A stretch of 32,000 nucleotides of DNA, taken from an uncultured archaeon. Lineage in GTDB: Archaea > Asgardarchaeota > Thorarchaeia > Thorarchaeales > Thorarchaeaceae. The notes under the pieces were generated by a model that was not told the origin of the DNA, made no database searches, and saw only the letters and a list, made by a program, of their open reading frames with translations. The stretch spans positions 38,585 through 70,584 of the forward strand of contig CAYHAA010000016.1 in the NCBI GenBank assembly GCA_964354495.1, given 5' to 3'. The position numbers and the translations under genes were made by a program. This document shows positions 25,858 to 32,000 of the stretch, in pieces (position 1 is the stretch's first letter; each line of letters begins with the position of its first letter).

Positions 25858-27195
25858 TCAGATCATTGACGAGAGTGTGTCCGAAGCACAATCAGGCTCG
25901 AATATGAATGGATTGAACCCATGGCCGATTACATTTCGAATCTCTTCAATACGTGCCTTCTTGACCTCGTCGCTATACAACCACTTGTGTTCCGGCTTCG
26001 GAGTCATACCAAGGTCATCACACAGCTTGACGATTTCCTTCACGGCCTGATAGGCTTCCTGACTCGTCCTTCCTTCCGGTCTAACCTCATAGCAGTGCAT
26101 CAGGAGCCCGTATGTCGCACTGTTGTCACCTAAGTACCACTTACTAGGAGCATGGCCGTACTTTGCGAACGGCTCATACCCATATCTCATGACAAGAGAG
26201 TCTATTTCCTCGACTACATGCTGCACGGCTGCAAGACTGCTACCATGAATCCCATAGTCCTCGAAAAGGGCCATCATCACTCCCTTCTTTGGATTTCGCC
26301 TTGCCAGCTTGAGCCTATAGTCTATGAGGCGCTGAAGCTCAGGACTGTCGAGGTTTTTGATGTCAGGTTCATAGGCTTTCATATCGAAGTCTTTGGGATA
26401 CTGCATCAACATTAGCGGAGGATTGAGCCCCTCTCGAATGTCTTCATGAACCATCATGATAGCCTCGCTATATTTCACAGGACACTTCGTTTCGATCATC
26501 CTAGAAACAGATTTGCCGAGAGTGTCGTTGTTGTCGAACTCAAGTATGGCGCCTACCAGAGGTTCCTTGTCTTCAGGCTTGACTGCAAGCCTCAGCTCAG
26601 TGATGAAACCCATCGTTCCGTGAGACCCTGCCACGTCATGGATGGTGACATTCTTCTCGTTCAGTTGGTCCTCAAGCTGGGCGTCGTCGCACTTCACACC
26701 GTTCCACTCCACGGTTACCCGATGTCCATCATACAGAACTATCTTCACATGAATCGTGTTGTCCCGCATCGTTCCGTTGACCCAGGCATCATTTCCGCCG
26801 CCATCCGTGCTCATGATGCCTCCAACCGTAGCGACATCCCTGCTACTCGGAGTCACGCGAAAACGCATACCCATCGGTTCTAGGACCTTGTTGATTTTGT
26901 CTGGCGTGATTCCCGGCTGAACGTCGATGTATCCCTGCTTCTTTGAGATCTTCAATACTCCTTTCATCTGAAGACTGCTTATCATCACCCGCTCATCGTT
27001 GCCGCCTGTACATCCGGCACTGAATCCCGAACCACCACCCTTTGGAGTCACGCTGAATCCATGTCGCTTAGCATGTTCTACTGCAGCGATTACTTCTTCC
27101 TCGTTCTTCGGGTAGTAGGCGCCCTTGATCTTGCGAAAGTCGAGTCTGTGGAACATGCTGACATTCGCACCGATTGCGACATCTCTCATCCTCAC
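25858..27195 (-). CDS. FAD-binding oxidoreductase (FAD_binding_4; GlcD/D-lactate dehydrogenase-like)
   Basis: 'YYPKNEEEV...TPKGGGSGFSAG...VQPG...PSS...ATVGG' plus 'GSHGTMGFITE' and a C-terminal EH. Confidence 0.85.
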   Translation of the reverse strand: MRMRDVAIGANVSMFHRLDFRKIKGAYYPKNEEEVIAAVEHAKRHGFSVTPKGGGSGFSAGCTGGNDERVMISSLQMKGVLKISKKQGYIDVQPGITPDKINKVLEPMGMRFRVTPSSRDVATVGGIMSTDGGGNDAWVNGTMRDNTIHVKIVLYDGHRVTVEWNGVKCDDAQLEDQLNEKNVTIHDVAGSHGTMGFITELRLAVKPEDKEPLVGAILEFDNNDTLGKSVSRMIETKCPVKYSEAIMMVHEDIREGLNPPLMLMQYPKDFDMKAYEPDIKNLDSPELQRLIDYRLKLARRNPKKGVMMALFEDYGIHGSSLAAVQHVVEEIDSLVMRYGYEPFAKYGHAPSKWYLGDNSATYGLLMHCYEVRPEGRTSQEAYQAVKEIVKLCDDLGMTPKPEHKWLYSDEVKKARIEEIRNVIGHGFNPFIFEPDCASDTLSSMI

Positions 27196-28302
27196 TTAAT
27201 TGGCACCTCCACGGAGCGCGTCTGACAGTATCTCCAAGATGTCTCTTGTGGCAAGATTCTGACCAAGCAGCTGCTCTCTGCAGGATGGACACGCAGTGAT
27301 GACAACAGTGTCCTTCACGCCCTCACTGGCAGCTCTCAGCTGCATGATCTTGTCGCTCAGAGCAGGGTCAGTCATTCTGAGCAGACCACCACCGCCACAG
27401 CAGCTCAGGTCCATGTCGCGGAACTTGACGTCCATCTTTTTGAGAAGAGACCGCGGTTCGGTCTTGATCTTGAGAATCCTGTGTAATTCACAGGGGTCGT
27501 GATAGGAGAATTCCTCCACCTGATGGTACTTGGGCATGTGACCCAATAGTCGGTCGAAAAACTGAGTGCTATGTAACGCTTCAATGTCACCGAGGTCGTG
27601 ATGTTCACGAAGCTGAATCAGGCAACCTGGGCAACAGGTTATGACTCGTTTTGCCTTTGCCACCTTGATGACCCTCTTGTTGTGATCTCGAAGTTTCTTT
27701 GCACCGGCTTCGTCCCCCATTAGATGTAGTGGATGACCGCAGCAGTTCTCTTCTGCGCCCATGATCAAGTAGTCAACATCCAGCTTCTCAAGTGTCAGGA
27801 AGAGTGCCCTGAGCACGCAAATTTGGCTGGCTCTGAATGACATCAGGCATCCAAGGAAGACCATGTTGTCTGCAGTCTTTCCTTTCCTGAAGACTCTGTC
27901 ATGGAGTTCTGGAATCTCCTCCTCAAGTTCGTCAAGCCAATAGATGGCCCTGTCCCCAGCAGAAAGACCGTAGATGTTCTTCACATTGGAGAGAGCATCC
28001 CTCAGCGGGTCTAGATACTCAAACTCATCAGGAGCTGTACTCACAGCTTCTGCTCGCTGTTCGTGCCAGATCTTCAGCAGGTCAATACCGGCAGTACATG
28101 TTTCTTCACATCGCCCACAGAGGGTGCACTCGAAGAGGAGCTTCCTGAACTCTTTGGCAAGCTCTTTGTCTTCTTCTATGAGGTCCATGACCTGTAGATA
28201 GTACGCTTTCCCGCGAGGAGAGAACTGCTCTTCCCCTGTGGCATCAAAAACAGGACAGAATTGCATGCAAGAACCACAACGGACACATCTATCGTAGGAC
28301 AT
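27196..28302 (-). CDS. Fe-S protein with 2x[4Fe-4S] and CCG domains (GlcF/GlpC/HdrD-like)
   Basis: CVRCGSCMQFCP, CTLCGRCEETC, CCGHP, CCPGC, HDPC, CCGGGG and ACPSC. Confidence 0.9.
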   Translation of the reverse strand: MSYDRCVRCGSCMQFCPVFDATGEEQFSPRGKAYYLQVMDLIEEDKELAKEFRKLLFECTLCGRCEETCTAGIDLLKIWHEQRAEAVSTAPDEFEYLDPLRDALSNVKNIYGLSAGDRAIYWLDELEEEIPELHDRVFRKGKTADNMVFLGCLMSFRASQICVLRALFLTLEKLDVDYLIMGAEENCCGHPLHLMGDEAGAKKLRDHNKRVIKVAKAKRVITCCPGCLIQLREHHDLGDIEALHSTQFFDRLLGHMPKYHQVEEFSYHDPCELHRILKIKTEPRSLLKKMDVKFRDMDLSCCGGGGLLRMTDPALSDKIMQLRAASEGVKDTVVITACPSCREQLLGQNLATRDILEILSDALRGGAN

Positions 28303-28437
28303 TGCATTGTCTCCGGAGTCTGCTATTCAGTCGATGATATGGCACATCTAGGGTGGCAGAACGACCGGCGGCAGAGATGAGGCTCTTAATAATCTGGTGT
28401 TTGAAACGAGGTGAATTAGGCATGAGAATCCGCTCTC

Positions 28438-28584
28438 ATGCACAAGCATGACCTGAACCGAACAATCGGATACGCGAAGATGTGCCTGCGGCTCTCTCTC
28501 GGAAGGGAGATGCCATCTGTTGATGAGGTCACAGAATTCCTTGTTGCGAACAGCAAGAAGGACAGACGGCGCTTCTTTACTTAA
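28438..28584 (+). CDS. Possible 48-aa small protein (MHKHDLNRTIGYAKMCLRLSLGREMPSVDEVTEFLVANSKKDRRRFFT)
   Basis: Frame-1 ORF in the 580-bp gap with helical-looking composition. No clear SD. Confidence 0.3.
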   Translation: MHKHDLNRTIGYAKMCLRLSLGREMPSVDEVTEFLVANSKKDRRRFFT

Positions 28585-28884
28585 GAGGCACGTAAGAGCT
28601 GCTCTTTGTCGCACCGATACCCGGGTTTCCATGCTTAATCTACTGTCACTTTTGCATTTTTGACCTCTTGTCACAATCAATATGGCACTCATAACACTTC
28701 TCTCAGTATTTTAAGACATCATATTTCTTATTTGGATGCTTAATAGGCGATTAGCACTCATTAGCAAGAATATAGGACGGGTGTAGCATTTCTATCGCAT
28801 ACGGAAGTTTGAGTAGCATTCGCTCCCTTCTCGAAAGCTAGACCCATTTGCCCTCCCAATAGGTTGAGAAGGAGTAAGAACATA

Positions 28885-31800
28885 ATGCTTGGTTCTCTTC
28901 TGAAACCTCTGCTAAAACTGGTCATGATGTCTGGGGCAGTACTATTCGGTACGATACTCTTGGCAGGAATCGCTGTGATTCCACTCCATCATGTGCACTC
29001 TGCAATGCCTCAGTTCTTGAAGACAGTAGGAGTTGGTATTCCTATCCTCTGTTTTGGTGCAGGACTCTTGGTGTTAGTCTTTGGAAAACAATGGCGAGTA
29101 ATGAAATATACCGCACCAGTCGGTTTCTTGGCTCCGTCTGTTGTCTTCATTATCAGTTTTCTCTTTGCTATTCCTCAGATACTGACCACAATGACTCTGA
29201 CTGAATTATTGATGATCGGCATCGCAGTCTCGGCTGCTGCGATTCTAGTATTTGATGTTTTTACCGGGCGGATAAGTGGAGAACCCTGGATCAATCGAAC
29301 TGGCGACAGACATCATGCAGAACTGGTATCCCCTGATTTAGCATATCCTGTTGAAGTCTCTGCCTCCGCAATTTCCGTTGAATCAGTTGGAGCATTTGAG
29401 ATAGTTGAGATCCCTGAGGACTATATATTGGACTCAAAGACGCAAAATCAGAGAGTATGGGAGCCATTTCGAAATATCCTTCGTGCCATGATGGCAGCTA
29501 AGGCATCTGTCGGGTTCAGACTTGAGAGGATCAATGGGCTCACTAGATTATACTACCTTACTCATGGAATGAATGCTAAGCGTCTTCAAGAGAATATGGA
29601 TCTCCTTCAGCGAATCCTGACTAGCGTGCTTCCCAAGTTTCGGTTTCAGCGACTCGAACGTTTCACTTCACAACAATTCGATAGGGGTGTTGTTGGAACT
29701 CTATCGGGCGAAATCTTGACCGTAGAAGACCCTCGCCAGAGAGCTGACCCCCTGACTGTAATCGCAGAATCCTTACTTCAGATGGACAACTGTGTTTTTC
29801 AGACTTTTGCAGGTCCAGAAACGTCTGGAGTGATGAGAGCCTATAGACGGATGCTGATAGGTCATTCTTACAAGTCAAAGATGCAGGAAGCTCAGCAGAC
29901 GAGTTCATCCAAGAGGGGTGGACTGTTTTCGATTGGCGGTGAAGCATCCTCGGCGCAGGTTGACATTGAGTCTGCTATCAGAGCAGACAGACTCTATCGT
30001 AAGTACCAGCGACAACGGGTTGAACATACATGCAATGCTGAGATAAGCGTAGCATGTTGGGGCTCCAGAAACGAAAAGTCTGAGCAAGACGTGCGACTAC
30101 TTCTTGAAGTAGCAGAGAGCGTAATCATCCCTGATGATCCTGCCAGAGACCTGAAGATTCGGATACACAAAGGACCTGGTCCTCTCTCGCGTGTCATGAG
30201 TGGAAGACCGATAGGTCAAATGACGCTTCTGACTCCTGAAGAGGCCAGTATGCTTTTCACCTTGGCCAGGTGTGACCTTGGCATAGTTCTCAGTAGGCGA
30301 GAAACGTTCTCAACAGCCACAAGACCAGTCCCCGCCCCTGACGAGCCTGAGAAGTCACCAATACCCGCTGAGCAATCGGAAAGGAAGCTGGTCTATTCAG
30401 AGTGGAGGCTTCCGAATCATAATATCATCTTTCTAGGAAATCCAATTGGAGCCAGCGGGTCTCCTCTGGCTGGTCATCATGTATGGTTCCATCCCCAGAA
30501 GCTGGAGTCGCATCTTGCAATCTATGGAAATACGCGGTCCGGAAAGACAACCACGGCTCTCTCAATAGTGGGGCAGGCGATGAAGTGTGGTTTGAAGGTT
30601 CTGATTATTGTCCCCATGCGTTCCTCTGACTGGACTGCTCTCATGTACCTCTTCCCAGAGTCGTTCTGGATCTTCAAAGTCGGTGAGAATGCTGGTATCT
30701 CGTTGAGAATAAACATCTTTCAACCACCTCCTGGAGTTCAAGTCGCCAGTTGGATACTTGTTCTTGGTGACCTACTGTCGAGCTGGATGCCAAATGATCG
30801 AGTGATGAGAATGCATCTTGATGATGTACTTCATACGACCTATAGAAACTGTGGGTGGGACCCGAAGGAAAACAAGAGAGGCCGTCCTATTCTTCTCAGC
30901 GACTTCTGGAATGCTGTAGAGGAGGTCTGTCTGAACATCCCATATGGCAATGAGATCAGGCAGAACTTCTTCGGGGCCATCTACAGTCGGGTATCGAATC
31001 TACTGAGGAACAAATTCCTCGTGGATATGTACAATACAGAAGAGGGCATAACTTGGGAGCAGATTGCTAATAATAGCATGCTAGTCGACGTACAAGGAAT
31101 TCCGTCCGATGAAGACCGTTCTTTTGTGATGGGTTTACTCTCAACTGGTCTACACATGTATAAGATGGCACACCCAACCCGTAAGGTCACCAATCTGCTG
31201 GTACTAGAAGAGGCAAGCTATGTGTTGAAGAGACCTGAGGGTCCTGACTACTATGGCCATGATTCAGGCCACTATGCAGTGAATCGAATTGTTGAGATTC
31301 TGACAACTGGTGGTGGTAATGGACTTAGTGTGATGATTCTTGAACAAGTCCCCGGGCGATTGATGCCAGACGTGATAAAACTCATCGTGAATACGATACT
31401 ACACGCACTAGGGGAAGAGTCGGAGCGGTACCTTATTGGTGGGCACATCGGAGTAGATGAGAAGAGAATCGAGCACGCCCACCAACTAGGCAAAGGTGAA
31501 ACCATAGTCTTCCTTGAGGGTGAGGGCTCAACAAGGAGCGTGAAAATCCATCCGTTGAATATGTACCTTGATTTTCCACTACCAAACAGGCCGATCACAG
31601 ATGACGAGATCCTTGCATTCATGGAGCCAGTCCATAAGAAGCATCCCAACCTGAACAAGACCACTGAGCTTCCGGGAGAAGTTATCCAGCGTATTGAACG
31701 CGCAAAGCCCTCAGGTCAGACTGCTTCGGACTCTGGAGAGCTGAATCAGCGTAAGACATCTGCGATTGAAGTAGTCGAGGAGCAGGACATTCATGAATTC

Positions 31801-32000
31801 GTTGACCATCATATGCGAGATCTTGCGCAGAATCCCAAGTACATGAACAATCTCGTCATTCGAATGGAATCCGTGAGAGAGGGCAATCTTGAACCACTCG
31901 TCAAGATGATCACCGATATTTCTGAGGAGTTCCTCTATGACGGGGTGACCCAGTTCTGGGTTGCTGAGAGACTGTTGATCCACTCGAACGACCTCTACCC
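28885..32000 (+). CDS. Large (>1038 aa) membrane-anchored HerA/VirB4/FtsK-superfamily ATPase; 3'-truncated by the window edge
   Basis: I translated frame 1 from ATG 28885 (SD AAGGAGT) to the window end with no stop. About 4 N-terminal TMs, Walker A GNTRSGKTT (30526-30552), Walker B LLVLEEAS (about 31195-31218), and 'LSVMILEQVP' motif. Absent from the ORF track. Confidence 0.85.
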   Translation, partial: MLGSLLKPLLKLVMMSGAVLFGTILLAGIAVIPLHHVHSAMPQFLKTVGVGIPILCFGAGLLVLVFGKQWRVMKYTAPVGFLAPSVVFIISFLFAIPQILTTMTLTELLMIGIAVSAAAILVFDVFTGRISGEPWINRTGDRHHAELVSPDLAYPVEVSASAISVESVGAFEIVEIPEDYILDSKTQNQRVWEPFRNILRAMMAAKASVGFRLERINGLTRLYYLTHGMNAKRLQENMDLLQRILTSVLPKFRFQRLERFTSQQFDRGVVGTLSGEILTVEDPRQRADPLTVIAESLLQMDNCVFQTFAGPETSGVMRAYRRMLIGHSYKSKMQEAQQTSSSKRGGLFSIGGEASSAQVDIESAIRADRLYRKYQRQRVEHTCNAEISVACWGSRNEKSEQDVRLLLEVAESVIIPDDPARDLKIRIHKGPGPLSRVMSGRPIGQMTLLTPEEASMLFTLARCDLGIVLSRRETFSTATRPVPAPDEPEKSPIPAEQSERKLVYSEWRLPNHNIIFLGNPIGASGSPLAGHHVWFHPQKLESHLAIYGNTRSGKTTTALSIVGQAMKCGLKVLIIVPMRSSDWTALMYLFPESFWIFKVGENAGISLRINIFQPPPGVQVASWILVLGDLLSSWMPNDRVMRMHLDDVLHTTYRNCGWDPKENKRGRPILLSDFWNAVEEVCLNIPYGNEIRQNFFGAIYSRVSNLLRNKFLVDMYNTEEGITWEQIANNSMLVDVQGIPSDEDRSFVMGLLSTGLHMYKMAHPTRKVTNLLVLEEASYVLKRPEGPDYYGHDSGHYAVNRIVEILTTGGGNGLSVMILEQVPGRLMPDVIKLIVNTILHALGEESERYLIGGHIGVDEKRIEHAHQLGKGETIVFLEGEGSTRSVKIHPLNMYLDFPLPNRPITDDEILAFMEPVHKKHPNLNKTTELPGEVIQRIERAKPSGQTASDSGELNQRKTSAIEVVEEQDIHEFVDHHMRDLAQNPKYMNNLVIRMESVREGNLEPLVKMITDISEEFLYDGVTQFWVAERLLIHSNDLY

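Noticed and set aside
28348-28692. 114-aa minus-strand ORF in the gap before the large ATPase
   Set aside because: No recognisable motif or SD, with composition typical of non-coding or shadow frames.
29663-31983. Minus-strand ORFs listed in the track at the window end
   Set aside because: Shadows of the large plus-strand ATPase ORF.
1-32000. CRISPR arrays, tRNA/rRNA genes, IS elements, integrase
   Set aside because: No regularly spaced repeats, tRNA T-loop/cloverleaf patterns or transposase/integrase motifs noticed by eye. tRNAscan-SE or Infernal would be needed to exclude small RNAs.

Overview
Gene-dense archaeal chromosomal window, most likely an Asgard archaeon (Thorarchaeota-like). This rests on two tandem profilin-fold genes with the WQxxNWxL motif, archaeal TrmB/wHTH regulators and GGAGG/GGTGA Shine-Dalgarno (SD) sites. 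No rRNA, tRNA, CRISPR or transposase was seen. Main content: DUF58 C-terminus plus membrane protein, OPT transporter, DUF167, two profilins, wHTH regulator, SAM methyltransferase, TrmB, ABC-2 exporter cassette, GNATs, MFS, NfeD, a Cys/His-rich FtsX/LolD ABC + NosL-like cluster, Holliday-resolvase-like nuclease, Cys-rich thioredoxin-fold protein, membrane-anchored M14 carboxypeptidase, FAD oxidoreductase + CCG Fe-S pair, and a >1038-aa membrane-anchored HerA/VirB4-like ATPase that the ORF track missed because it runs off the window. The best new observation is in the apparently empty 6226-6991 gap. It holds three tandem micro-ORFs, two ending in a shared DAIxYAYxYR motif with synonymous codon differences. 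They are transcribed divergently from a wHTH regulator across twin operator-like boxes. All family calls are from motif recognition by eye; no searches were run.
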